Positions 12,293 through 23,356 of a DNA stretch of 64,000 bases are shown piece after piece. Source of the stretch: an uncultured Nitrososphaeraceae archaeon (lineage in GTDB: Archaea; Thermoproteota; Nitrososphaeria; Nitrososphaerales; Nitrososphaeraceae). The notes below the pieces were generated by a model. It searched no databases. It was not told the origin of the DNA and saw nothing but the letters and a program-made list of their open reading frames with translations. The stretch is from contig CAWGVG010000015.1 of the NCBI GenBank assembly GCA_963825865.1, forward strand, positions 32,001-96,000. Reading direction: 5' to 3'. The position numbers were made by a program, and so were the translations under genes. Position 1 is the first letter of the stretch, and each line of letters begins with the position of its first letter.

Positions 12293-12613
12293 TTATATAG
12301 GATGTCCGGGATAATGATCAGAATCTGCTCTTATCTTAAATCCAATATTATGCTCATCACAGACCTGTATGACATGTCTCATATCTTCTATATCGAGGCT
12401 GTCATATGGCTGTGATATATATTCAGTTTTTCCTTGCTTTGTTTTTCTTGTTTCAAAATGATTTAAATAATTATGATACTCTAACAATGTAACTTTGACT
12501 TTTCCATAGCCAGCATCTACTTCTCTACACAACCATCTTGGAACCTTTCTGCCTACTACTGCTGTCATTTCTTTGATTTCCCTATAAATTCCTTCAATGC
12601 TTGAACTACGCAA
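12293..12613 (-). CDS. Hypothetical protein
   Basis: 106-aa ORF. Confidence 0.5.
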   Translation of the reverse strand: MRSSSIEGIYREIKEMTAVVGRKVPRWLCREVDAGYGKVKVTLLEYHNYLNHFETRKTKQGKTEYISQPYDSLDIEDMRHVIQVCDEHNIGFKIRADSDHYPGHPI

Positions 12614-12993
12614 GCCATGAAATGAAAACAGAAAGAATACCTTAGTTTTTTTCCTTATATATCTATATTTTTATATAAATATATAATACTTCTAATTAGA
12701 GTATTTTATCAATATATAATATGACTAGTAATACTACTACTACTATTACAACAGCATCAAGTAATAATAATAAAGATAAAGATAAAGAAGAGGAAAAGAT
12801 CATTGTGTTTTGTAAACAGAGTAGAGATTGATATGGCAATCTATCAAAAAAGCATGAAGATGTGTACTATAAAGAAACATATGATAGAGAGACAGGGAAA
12901 CCATGCTTTGAAAGAGTATATCTAAAGAATAATAATAATAAAACAAACTAATAAGTTAGTCCGTGCTACCATAGTAATACTAGTTAGTTAATT

Positions 12994-13608
12994 ATGTCGT
13001 CAACAACAATACCAGCATCAGTATTATCCACACTAACAGAGGAAGAACAAAAGAAATATCAAGAGAGATTAGCTGATAAAAGTAAGCCGTATTATTATGG
13101 ATATGATATCGAAAAAGATGCAAATGTAATTGTATATCCAGTCTCGAATGTCGATGAAGGTAAATCAATTACTCTTGATATAGCAAGAGGCAGAGGATTA
13201 CAGCTATATCCAAAAAGGAATATTCAGATAATGAACAAAATAAGAGGCATGGTAGTTGGAATGGGAGGATGTGGTCCTATAGATTCGATCCCCGGTGGTA
13301 TAAAGCAGCTTACAGAAGCTAATAGTGATGAGTTTACTATTAACTACATACTTGAAGACTTAGAAAAAGAAAAGAAGGTAGTCAAGGTATATGATTACAA
13401 GTTAGTTGGACCAGCATGGAATACACCAGACTGGGAGAAACCTCATAGAGAGTATGATCCTATTAAATTCAAATGGTATACGATAGAAAAAGCTGAAGTT
13501 GATGGTGTCCTTGAGATAAAGTGCAGGTATTGTAGTAAAAAGTTTCCTTCAGAACATGACATGAAAAAGCATTTCAACAATAGCCATACCCCACGACGTA
13601 GGGTATAG
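12994..13608 (+). CDS. Module gene A, copy 1: hypothetical protein with a C-terminal C2H2 finger
   Basis: CRYCSKKF...HFNNSH; paralogous to 21735-22205. Confidence 0.8.
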   Translation: MSSTTIPASVLSTLTEEEQKKYQERLADKSKPYYYGYDIEKDANVIVYPVSNVDEGKSITLDIARGRGLQLYPKRNIQIMNKIRGMVVGMGGCGPIDSIPGGIKQLTEANSDEFTINYILEDLEKEKKVVKVYDYKLVGPAWNTPDWEKPHREYDPIKFKWYTIEKAEVDGVLEIKCRYCSKKFPSEHDMKKHFNNSHTPRRRV

Positions 13609-13700
13609 TAGTAGTAGTATTATTAGTAGTGCTACTACTATCAGAGCATAAAGAATAAAGCTTTCCTTCATCATTATATAATTTGAGATAATAATCAAAA

Positions 13701-14173
13701 ATGATTGATAGTAATAATATGGCTGAAATGATGAAGGACATCTCAATTTATAATTTGGACCCATATAGGAAGATGGTGAAAAATACTAAAACCGGAGCAT
13801 ACATTATTTGCAATAATTCAACTAATGAAGTGGAAAGTAAAGGAGTGATAAATCCTAATCCTAATCCTCCTCCTGCTCCTGCCTTGAGTACCAGCATCAA
13901 AAAGGTTCTGAGCAAAATAATATTGTTGATAACAGCTTTGCTCTAGAGATGTATGGACTAGTGAATCTATGTTCGGGTAAAACAAGTACTTATGAAGATA
14001 TTCAAACTAACTATATGTCTGCTTATCCTTCTTCTCATCAACAACGTCAATATTTGAAGGGTTCACATCAGCAACAGAGAAATAATAACGTCAATAATAA
14101 TATACTGGCAATAGAGCTGTACGAACAGCTTGTTAACCAGTTTATCGGAGGAGGTAATCATAATGGCTGGTAA
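13701..14173 (+). CDS. Module gene B, copy 1; indels
   Basis: ORFs 13701-13946 and 13949-14173 together align with the 141-aa ORF at 22308-22733. Confidence 0.75.
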
Positions 14174-14309
14174 GAAATATAGTAAAAATATCAAACCAAA
14201 AACAGCACCGGGCTTGGAATCGAGTCATGGTCCTTTATCTGCTGACTCTTCGGTAAGTGGTAATCCAACTGTATTAGCTCCTAATAGAAAATCTAAGAAA
14301 GCAAAGTAA
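14163..14309 (+). CDS. Module gene C, copy 1: 48-aa basic peptide, not in the ORF track
   Basis: MAGKKYSKNIKPKTAPGLESSHGPLSADSSVSGNPTVLAPNRKSKKAK; conserved paralog at 22723. Confidence 0.7.
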   Translation: MAGKKYSKNIKPKTAPGLESSHGPLSADSSVSGNPTVLAPNRKSKKAK

Positions 14310-14463
14310 GTAAGGTAGTTAGTTAGCTCGTTAGCTAATAATATGCAAAAAAACGGCATAACTGAGCACAACCAGTTTACATGTACATTGTATATTGTCT
14401 ATAAGATAATATAAGATAATGTATAATATATAATATATTTATGATTGATTATTTATAATATAT

Positions 14464-14599
14464 AATAGTAATAGCTGGATGATAGTATGAGCAAAGCTAC
14501 AACTAAAACACACTTTATTATTATTGTATTATTTCATTAAAAATAGTAATAGCTGGTTAATTGTGTGAGTAAATCTACTAATAAAACACACTTTATTAT
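14464..14599. repeat. Imperfect ~58-bp direct repeat with a 78-bp period
   Basis: AATAGTAATAGCTGG...TAAAACACACTTTATTAT at 14464 and 14542. Confidence 0.75.
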
Positions 14600-14690
14600 C
14601 CAACTATCGTAGATTAGCATTTTCTGACATGTTCTGATAGGGTTGGACCATATTTTAAGCCAAAATATAACATATAATAATAATAATATA

Positions 14691-14786
14691 ATGACTACTG
14701 AACTAAAGTTCTGGATTGCAATGCTGTTATTATTAACTACTATGCAATTTGGTATTGCTGGTTTCAGATTTTTGTTATCAAAATAA
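14691..14786 (+). CDS. Possible 31-aa single-TM peptide
   Basis: MTTELKFWIAMLLLLTTMQFGIAGFRFLLSK. Confidence 0.35.
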   Translation: MTTELKFWIAMLLLLTTMQFGIAGFRFLLSK

Positions 14787-14829
14787 TTAATGATGATAAC
14801 AAGAGAGTATAATTATAACTTGCCTCTAA

Positions 14830-15065
14830 TATACAGCTAGAAGGAATGGATGAAGAGGGAAAAATAAAATAGTAGATAACAAGAAGTTAACTTGCTCCCT
14901 AACATTTGACTTGATTGTTTCTCACTCAGGATAATAGTAATAATATGATATGATATAATAGTAGAAGAATAATAATACTCACTCATTATTATATTATATT
15001 ATTTTATTATCATTATCCTGTCTCTCATTCTTTCCTTCCTTCCATTTCTATTATTATTATTTACC
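14830..15065 (+). repeat. Structured ~200-nt dispersed repeat, copy 1
   Basis: TATACAGCT-AGAAGGAATG...CAAGAAGTT(A/G)ACTTGCT...CAGGATAA...TTATCCTG...TTCCTTCC; homologous to the copies at 17199 and 26902. Confidence 0.85.
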
Positions 15066-15195
15066 ACTACTACTATTATCTACTACTTCCGTACATAGAA
15101 GGATATGATTTTTCTACAAAGAGATTGATTGTTTCCATTTGAAAGTAAATAAATAAAAAAGAATAATAAAAATAACTGTTTATTAACAAATCTAG

Positions 15196-15933
15196 TTGTC
15201 GTCAGAAGCCGATATTTCTCTTAATTTTCCAGAGAAGAGTATATCAAAGACACCGATAAAGACATCAATAGATGGGTTAAAAAAAGATATTAAATCCAAA
15301 GAAAAAGATAGTTCTACAAAGCTACAAGAATTTCTAAAAAAATACGAAAAAGAGTTCAAGGAAGACCTTGTTTATAAAGGAATAGTCTATGATATTACAG
15401 AAACTGAAGTATTGTATATGATGAAAGGTGCTTTGACATTATATGCATTAAACCTGAATGGTCAGGTGTTAATTGAATTAGCAGGCCTTCTTGAAAGATA
15501 TGCTATTGTATACATAGAGGAATTAAAGTCACTACGTTCAGTTCAACTGTTTTCTGATGGACAACATGCAATTGAGGAAATCTTGGAAAAGAAGTTCCTA
15601 GATGAACTTGCTAAACATCTGATTACGTTAGGATTATGGGATAAAGAGGATTTTAAAGAGGTAGAAAAACTACTTAAAAAACGTAACTACGTTGCACACA
15701 AGAATGTAAAGAAAATCAAAGGAATGTTAAGTTCTAGCAAAAGCATTTCAATTCCTGAAATAGATATTGCCATGTCAGGCTTTGACGTTCTGCAGTTTAT
15801 GTTTATCACAATTCGACTCTTGTTCAAATTAGTTGATAGGTTTTTTATTAAGACTGAGAGGTATAGAATAGCAAAAGATCTTTTAGATTCAAAGATAATG
15901 GATGAATTAGAATATTTTAAAACAACGAATTAA
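15196..15933 (+). CDS. Putative HEPN-domain protein
   Basis: All-helical, with an Rx4H motif (KRNYVAH). Confidence 0.55.
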   Translation: MSSEADISLNFPEKSISKTPIKTSIDGLKKDIKSKEKDSSTKLQEFLKKYEKEFKEDLVYKGIVYDITETEVLYMMKGALTLYALNLNGQVLIELAGLLERYAIVYIEELKSLRSVQLFSDGQHAIEEILEKKFLDELAKHLITLGLWDKEDFKEVEKLLKKRNYVAHKNVKKIKGMLSSSKSISIPEIDIAMSGFDVLQFMFITIRLLFKLVDRFFIKTERYRIAKDLLDSKIMDELEYFKTTN

Positions 15934-15985
15934 AGTAAACAAAGAAATAATTATTTCCCATTATTATATACACACATACACACAA

Positions 15986-17114
15986 TTATTGGGGATTAGA
16001 CCTTTTACTTGAAAATTTCTTTGTTGCTACCTTCATATGTATATAGTAGGACATCAATATAATGAATATAGTGGTAACAGGTATTACAGCTATAATATAT
16101 GTATATAGTGGGAATTGTATATTGTAAAGTATCAATATAAATGTGTTAGAAAGGGTAGTGTAAACAAGTATTACAGCTATACTATATTTCAATAATGCTC
16201 TGAACCTTTTTTTAAGATATTCCTCCCAATTTGTATTCTTCAGAATTTGTTCTGATAGATATACATACTCTTCATTATAGATTTTTAAGGCATTCTCATT
16301 AAGAGAATGGTATGAGATAATTCTCCCGTCTCCTATTTTCTACGAATAATTCTTCAAATCGTCTATACTCATCAAAGCATAATATCTTTCTCATTCTAAG
16401 TTTCTTAGATTTACTCCAGTCTTGCAATTTGCCCTTATATAGAGAATTTTGATTAAGCATTTTTATAACTTTCATAATCTTCTTTTTTTCTTGTTCCAAT
16501 ATTGAATAATTTCTCACGGTAATAATTGGATTCATTATTAACGTCTTGCCAAAAATGAGCACAAATTCAATTATAACGGAAAGACCTAAAAGAAATATAG
16601 GATTTGATAACGGATTAGGTGGTGAAGATGTAAATGTTTTACGTTCCTCACCAATTTTGGCTGTTGCTTGATTACTTCCATCATCATGATTTGCAAGTAT
16701 AATAAAAGACCCAGTCTGGTCAAATTTTGTAAATTTTATATCAAATGCAATAGAATTATCTCCAATTATTGATCTATTAAAGGTAGCAATTCTCCCTTGA
16801 GTATATGGTGGTAACTTGGTTAAGTCAGTGATAGTTATCTGTTCAGCAGTAACTCCTTCTGGATTAACATTATCTATTTTACCAGGGGGGTCCGTATACA
16901 TTGCTAACCTAACATTTTTTGCCGTTTTTAATCCTGTATTGGTAATTGTTGCATTACCAGATGAATTATCTGAAGATATTTTAATTGTAATATTTATCAA
17001 AGGTTTACCGATAAAGTCATTATACAAGATATTGGCTAAAAATACAACTAGTCCACTACCTATGATAATTGATATAATATTTAAAAGTGAAACTTTAGCA
17101 GTATTCTCTGCCAT
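15986..17114 (-). CDS. Membrane protein with an extracellular Ig/CARDB-like domain; indel
   Basis: N-terminal TM, ITNTGLKTAKNV, further TMs; ORFs 16299-17114 and 15986-16192. Confidence 0.55.
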
Positions 17115-17198
17115 CCTTATACTGTTGTTATATTGAACAATTATTTATAGACGACACCAATCCAACTATTGAGGATCAGTCTTTTGCTTCAAGACGAC

Positions 17199-17375
17199 GA
17201 AGGAATGAATGAAGAGGGAGAAATAATAACAAGAAGTTGACTTGCTAATAACATCTTCATTTTACTATCAGGATAATAGTAATAATATGATATGATATTA
17301 TAGTAATGGTAAGCAGAACCAGCTCACTACTATTATATTATTATTATCAATATTGCTATTATCCTGCTGTCTCTT
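17199..17375 (+). repeat. Structured dispersed repeat, copy 2 (3'-truncated)
   Basis: GAAGGAATGAATGAAGAGGGA...CAAGAAGTTGACTTGCT...CAGGATAA...TTATCCTG. Confidence 0.85.
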
Positions 17376-17379
17376 CGAA

Positions 17380-20300
17380 AAGAGACAGGACACAAGTAAG
17401 AAAGCAATTTTTACATGGAGTAAATACGAGAAAGAAATTCCCAGCATAGATGAAATAAACAACTGGTTTAACTCTCAAATGGTAACGATGATCTGTAAAA
17501 ATAACATTGCCATAGTAACGGGCATCATATCCAGACTTTTAGTAATTGACATAGATGGTGAAGAATGCATAAAGCTATTTTATGAGATGGTTCAAAACAG
17601 GTTATCGGATAACTTACAACGTGAGATTGTCAATACACTAGCTGTTAGAACTGGTAGTGGGGAGGGTTTACAGATATATCTCAGATTCAACATTGAGGAA
17701 AAAGAAAACCCTCCAAACTTTTTCTTTACCCCCACCACTTGAACATAAAGAAATTAGAATAAAATGTAATGGTAGTTATGTAATAGGCTTGAACTCAAAA
17801 ACTAAAAATGAATATAAACTCAATTCTGAGGAGAAGAAACTAATTGTATTATTTTCCAAAAAAGAGATTAATGAATTACTTAGGGCTTTAGAACATATTA
17901 AGACTACTACTACTAGTAATGATGGTAATACTGGTAATAGGTACTACTAATAATAGTAAAAATGAACAAACCATCAAATTAGATGTAATCGAAATAGACA
18001 GGAACACAATCGTTAAAGGATTGTTATTCTAAAGGAAGGAGAGATGACATTGTATTTGCATTATCTGGATATTTACATAGAAGATACATAGATTAGCAAT
18101 CTACCATTGAAATTGTAAATTCTCTAATAACTCTATCAGAAGAGGGAAATGATGAAGAGTATAATTCTAGATTAAATGTAGTTCGTAGGACATACAAAAA
18201 GGATAGAAATAGTGATGAAAGTTACTGGACATAAATACTTACTATCAACGTTATCATCTATTTTAGATAAGGATGAAGTTAGAGCAAAACAAATTCTGCA
18301 TTCTGAGATAAATTCAGTAATAAATAAGGCATTAAAAGATGCTGGTTTTTCTTTTAGAATTGTTGATAATAATAATAACAACAATGATGACGATCCACAA
18401 GAAGAGGAAGAAAAAAAGTCAGCAGAAGAAAACAAACTCACTAAAGAACAGATTGATTTTGTCATAAATACAATGAAAAAGGAAGAGCATATGATGAACT
18501 ATCAATAAAACAGTTATTTTATGGAATGGATACTGCTTTTACTAAACGTCCTGCTTCTCATAATGTCAATTCAAAGATTCTGGGTTCAGGTAAAAATTAT
18601 TTGATGGAGTTAGTTTCTAACTATTTTCCCGAAAAGTATGTTATAAACATAAACCACATGTCAGACAAGGCAATTTTTCACAGAGAAGGAATTATGGTTA
18701 GAGAAAATCATGAAACTGGCAAACTTGAACCAATAAGACCTATAATAAAAAACCTTGAATCTAAGATTGAAGACTTACAAGAGCAAATTGAAACTGAAAG
18801 GCAAAAAAATAACAACCCTCCTACAGAAGAAAGTAGAAAACTGATTAAGGATAACAAAAAAAGAATTCAGGAAATCAATGAAGAGATTAAGGATATAGAA
18901 CAACATGCATTAAAGCAAATTGACCTTAACAATCAGATAATTCTCTGCCTCGATACACCACAAGAATCAATATATAATTCATTAATGAGCTTAGTCAGTC
19001 AGGATACTAAAAGAGGACAGAAGTATGAATTTGTAGAAAAATCAGGAATCTGGTAAACTAGGTACAGAAAATAATGTATTAATTGGTACTCCATTTATAT
19101 GCACCAGTCAGGTAATAGATGATACAAAAGGGGAACGTTTCCAAGAAAAGAATAGAAGGTTTACCAATGTAAACCCTGATACAAGTGATAAAAAAATTGG
19201 TACTGCAAATGATATAATTGTATTGCAAGGTGGCTACCTACCAGAAGAGTATGACGAACTGGTAGTAAGTAGATCAGATAAGGAAAAAGCCAGAAATATA
19301 GTCAAAATCATCGTAGCCAAGTTAAAGTAGCATACAAAGCACTTAGGCCCAAAAGAACACGGCATAAAGATTCCATTTGCTCTATCAATATCAGCATGTA
19401 TACCAACGACTCATGTTTGGAGTATGACGGTCACAGATAGAATAATGAAAATATCTTGCTATAATCACAAAAGTAAATATGGATTCAAGGCCAAAACTGC
19501 TAGACGTAAACACAGGTAAATTTTATCCTATATCTACGTACGTGGACTTTAAGGAAACTTTGAATTTAATGCAAGTTGCTGCTAGTGGTGTTAGGCCTTA
19601 CCTTGTAGACTGGTTCAATAATAGATTTCTTTCTGTATACAATGATTTAGGAGGAAAGCCAGATAAGATATACAATGATGATATAGGTAAATACGTAACT
19701 GTATCAAAGGAAAAACGTGCTGGACTTACAACCAAACAGATAGCAGATAGAATTGGAGAAAAGTTTGGAGGGTTAAAACTAAGCACTAAGGAATGTTATG
19801 AAAAAGAACCTAATACCTCTAATTAATCTGGGAATAATAGACCATATCGAAAGTGAGATAAGGAGAAATCAGCATATCTATTTTCCGGTCCAAGAAGATA
19901 CCCATCTATTCCATATTTTTGATTAAAAAGCTGGCCTAAAACTAAAAATACCAAGTCTTGAAAGATTTCCTAGTAAGAATTTTCTGAAATCACAATTTGG
20001 AATCTTGTCAAAGTCATCGTTTTTGGGGGGTGATATTTTTGAAAAAAATATTTCTTCATATAAGTTGGTAGATGTTGATGGGTCAGAGATTACAATAGAC
20101 CAATTGATAGAAAAATACTTTACAAATCCCGAAGAATGCTTTGTTAAAACATACAAAGAAGATTGAAGATAACACTAGCAATAAACAAGATAATAATGGT
20201 AATGGTAATGGTAGCACCTTAGAGACTTTGTTAAAATTAAAAGCAAGGCTACCAGCAATATACTATATCAAAGTCAGATTTTGATGAAACAAAAAAATAA

Positions 20301-20555
20301 TTTTTTTTCTCACCCTTCTGTAACGATGACTTTTACGAGATTCTCTAACAATAATATAGAAGAATGTAAACAGAGGAAAAGCAAGAACAACAAGATCCTG
20401 TAAATACTGCTAGTAAAAAGTTCAAGTGCTTTTATTGTGATGAATATTTCTATAGTAATGATGTATTGAAGAAATCACAGAGAGCAGTGTACCATCCTGA
20501 TAAACGTCTAGACTATCCTACTCCAGAGGACTTTGATAATCGAATGGAGTTATAG
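17380..20555 (+). pseudogene. Prim-pol (bifunctional primase-polymerase) plus P-loop helicase replication gene with a C-terminal Zn finger; heavily interrupted
   Basis: NIAIVTG, LLVIDIDG, RTGSGEGLQIY, EIRIKCNGSYVIG; Walker A GSGKNYL; tail KFKCFYCDE...YPTPEDFDNRMEL. Many frameshifts, at least one in-frame stop and no clean start. Real decay cannot be separated from sequencing error. Confidence 0.7.
20000..20343. repeat. Long inverted repeat inside the 3' part of the second helicase gene (putative origin)
   Basis: GAATCTTGTCAAAGTCATCGTT (20000-20021) versus AACGATGACTTTTACGAGATTC (20322-20343), 20/22 complementary; continues inward with GGGTGA/TCACCC and A/T tracts. Confidence 0.75.
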
Positions 20556-20717
20556 GGGAGCAGCTTTTCGTGAAGCTACTTACTAGAACCAAAATAGGAC
20601 AACACAAAAACCATATACCATTTTATGCTGTCCTAGTCATGATTTAGAATGACAAAAGAGATTGTTATTTCAAACAATAAAAGCATTTTTGATTCTAGTG
20701 AGGTGTGTAAACTAAAA

Positions 20718-21624
20718 ATGACACCAACAGAAGTTATGAATGCTCAAACATTTGGATTTTCTGTCATAACTATAGCAATAGCAGTAGCATCTGCTATTGT
20801 AGGTATCTTGTCATTCCACTATAATAGTAAGATGAATAAACTAAACTCATTAGTAAAAGCCTTCGAGATTATTAAACGATAATGCTCATAGAAATGCTAG
20901 AATTAGGCTATATAGAGTAGCAAGAGCTTCCACACCATCACAGACAGGAAGCACACTTAAGATTGTTGGGTGTAGAAGACAAAGATCTAAGAACTATAGT
21001 CGGAGAATCTGAAAATATGGTATTGGCAGATTTTGATCAGATGGGAACTTTAGTTAAAAACAAACTTCTTCCTGTAAACGAATTTCTGAACGTTTATTGG
21101 AATACTATTATATCAACCTATGAAATAATATACACGAACGATAAAAGAGATTCTCTATAAGGATTTTGAATTTCTTATATGCTAAGGCTAAGAGCTCAGA
21201 GACGAAAAAGATCCAAATAAACAAATTCCATTGGAAAAAGAAATTTATCGTGTAAAGCTTTTCGGTACAGGTGCAATGTAACCAACAAATATCTATTGGA
21301 AAAACCCAAACTATTAGTGTAACAGTCAGTGACTCTTTTGAGGCAGTATATGGTTTTCCGTATGGCAGTGTTGGAAATGTGTATAATGCTGAAGTGTGTG
21401 TCAAAGTATCTGATAAGGAATCAGAAAGTTTGGTTATTTCATTAGATACACAAAAAACTGATGTACATGGTAATACTGAATTTCAAGTATCAATAACAGA
21501 TAGCTACTTCAAAGTTGGAAAGACGTATAATGTTAAAGCCTTTATATCAGCAAAAGGTTATCGAAATTCTGAATCAGGATATAAAGTATTTTTTACTGTT
21601 AACAACTCTCAGGACTATATCTAA
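20718..21624 (+). CDS. Membrane-anchored DUF4760-like protein, possibly fused to an Ig-like domain; indels
   Basis: N-terminal TM; VLADFDQMGTLVKNKLLP..FLNVYWNTII pattern; beta-rich ORF 21271-21624 follows. Confidence 0.45.
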
Positions 21625-21734
21625 TATATCTATATTTATATATACAGATAATACCACTATCATATGAAAAATAATATGACGACTGTCATTAGTAGTATAC
21701 GTACTAGTATTGATAAGGATGATAAGATTGCATC

Positions 21735-22205
21735 GTGTTTGCTAAAATTTGCAGAGACAGATACGGTCTTAATGAGGCAAGAGGAAGAGGACTACAGCTA
21801 TATCCAAAGAGAAACGTCCACATAATGAACAAGATTAGAAGCATGGTAGTTGGAATGGGTGGGAGTGGTCCTATAGATTCTATCCCCGGTGGTATAAAGC
21901 AATTTACAGAAGCTAATAGTGACGAATTCACCTGTAATTATATTCTTGAAGATCTGGAGAAGGAAGGAAGTGTAGTAAAAGTATATCCTGTTATTAAGAC
22001 TGGTCCCGGTGATCCAAGAGATAATAGCTATTTTGGTCATCCTGTAAAGGAATATTCAAAGACTGGTTACAAGTGGTATACTCTACAACGAGCTGAAGCC
22101 GATGGTGTTCTTGAGTTACGTTGTCGGTATTGTTCTAAAGTATTCAAGACTGATAAGGAAAGGACTAAGCATTTCAACAATAGCCATACCCCACGTAGGG
22201 TATAG
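21735..22205 (+). CDS. Module gene A, copy 2
   Basis: ARGRGLQLYPKRN...CRYCSK...HFNNSHTPRRV, near-identical to 12994-13608. Confidence 0.8.
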   Translation: MFAKICRDRYGLNEARGRGLQLYPKRNVHIMNKIRSMVVGMGGSGPIDSIPGGIKQFTEANSDEFTCNYILEDLEKEGSVVKVYPVIKTGPGDPRDNSYFGHPVKEYSKTGYKWYTLQRAEADGVLELRCRYCSKVFKTDKERTKHFNNSHTPRRV

Positions 22206-22300
22206 TAGTATTATTAGTAGTAGTAGTACTGCTGCTGATATCATAGCATAAAAGATAAAACAAACTATCTTCATTATATAATTTGAGATAATAATCAAAA

Positions 22301-22733
22301 ATGATCGTTGGCAGATATCTTGAAAAATATAAGTGTGCAAGATCTAGGGGAAGGAAGGAAGATGGTGAAGCACACGAACGGCAGTTATATAATATGCAAT
22401 GGGAACCAGATCGAGCAAAGAGGTTTTGTAAATCCTGATCCTCCTGCTGCTACTCAGTACCAACAACAGCAACATCAATTGCAAAAAGCTACAATTCAAC
22501 GTAATAATAGCAATGCCCTAGAGATGTATGGATTAGTAAATAAGATAACTGGTAGATCGGACATTTACGATAATATTGAAACTATGACTACTGCTGCTTA
22601 CCCTCATCAAGGTCAATATCTAAAAGCATCAGAACAGCAACAAAGAAGTAATAATAATAATAGAAATGCAATCGAGATGTATGAAATGATTCAAAGCTTG
22701 TTCGGAGGAGGTAATAACATCAATGGCTGGTAG
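22301..22733 (+). CDS. Module gene B, copy 2
   Basis: 141-aa ORF from 22308. The ATG at 22301 lies in the conserved promoter context, implying an indel. Confidence 0.75.
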
Positions 22734-22866
22734 TAATAAGAAGAAGTATAATATCAAACCCAAAACAGCACCGGGCTTGAATGCAAGTCACTCCCCTTTA
22801 AGTGCCGATTCTATAGGTGGTAATCCTACAACTATAAATCCACGAAAAGCCAAGAAACCAAAGTAA
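22723..22866 (+). CDS. Module gene C, copy 2: 47-aa basic peptide, not in the ORF track
   Basis: MAGSNKKKYNIKPKTAPGLNASHSPLSADSIGGNPTTINPRKAKKPK. Confidence 0.7.
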   Translation: MAGSNKKKYNIKPKTAPGLNASHSPLSADSIGGNPTTINPRKAKKPK

Positions 22867-23356
22867 AAAGTTAGTTAGTTAGCTCGTGTATTATATAATT
22901 ATATAATAATAATAATAATTATAATATGATATCAACAAGAACGAAAAAACAGGATAAAGATAAACAAAATAATAAAGAAGCTATTGTTATAGCAGCAATG
23001 CGAGCAAAAGAAATTATGGGAAAAATACTTTTCTACCGACAATCCTATGATTAAATTTGAATGCTTGAGTAAGCTCCACGATCTCACATTAGACTTAGTA
23101 AACCTACAATATAGTGCTTACATGCAGAATTATAATTTTGATCATATCAAGAAATCTTCATCACCATTGAAGAGAGGTTATAAGCTTTCTAATTCACCTA
23201 ATACTAGGATGATACTAAGCAGGTTTATCAATAATAATGATGAGGATCTTCGATAACTATTAACACTATTCGTGTTAATAATAGCACGATTTATCAACAC
23301 TTTTAGCTACTAATATCATAATAGTAATAATAATAACGACAGAAGGAAGAAAGAAA

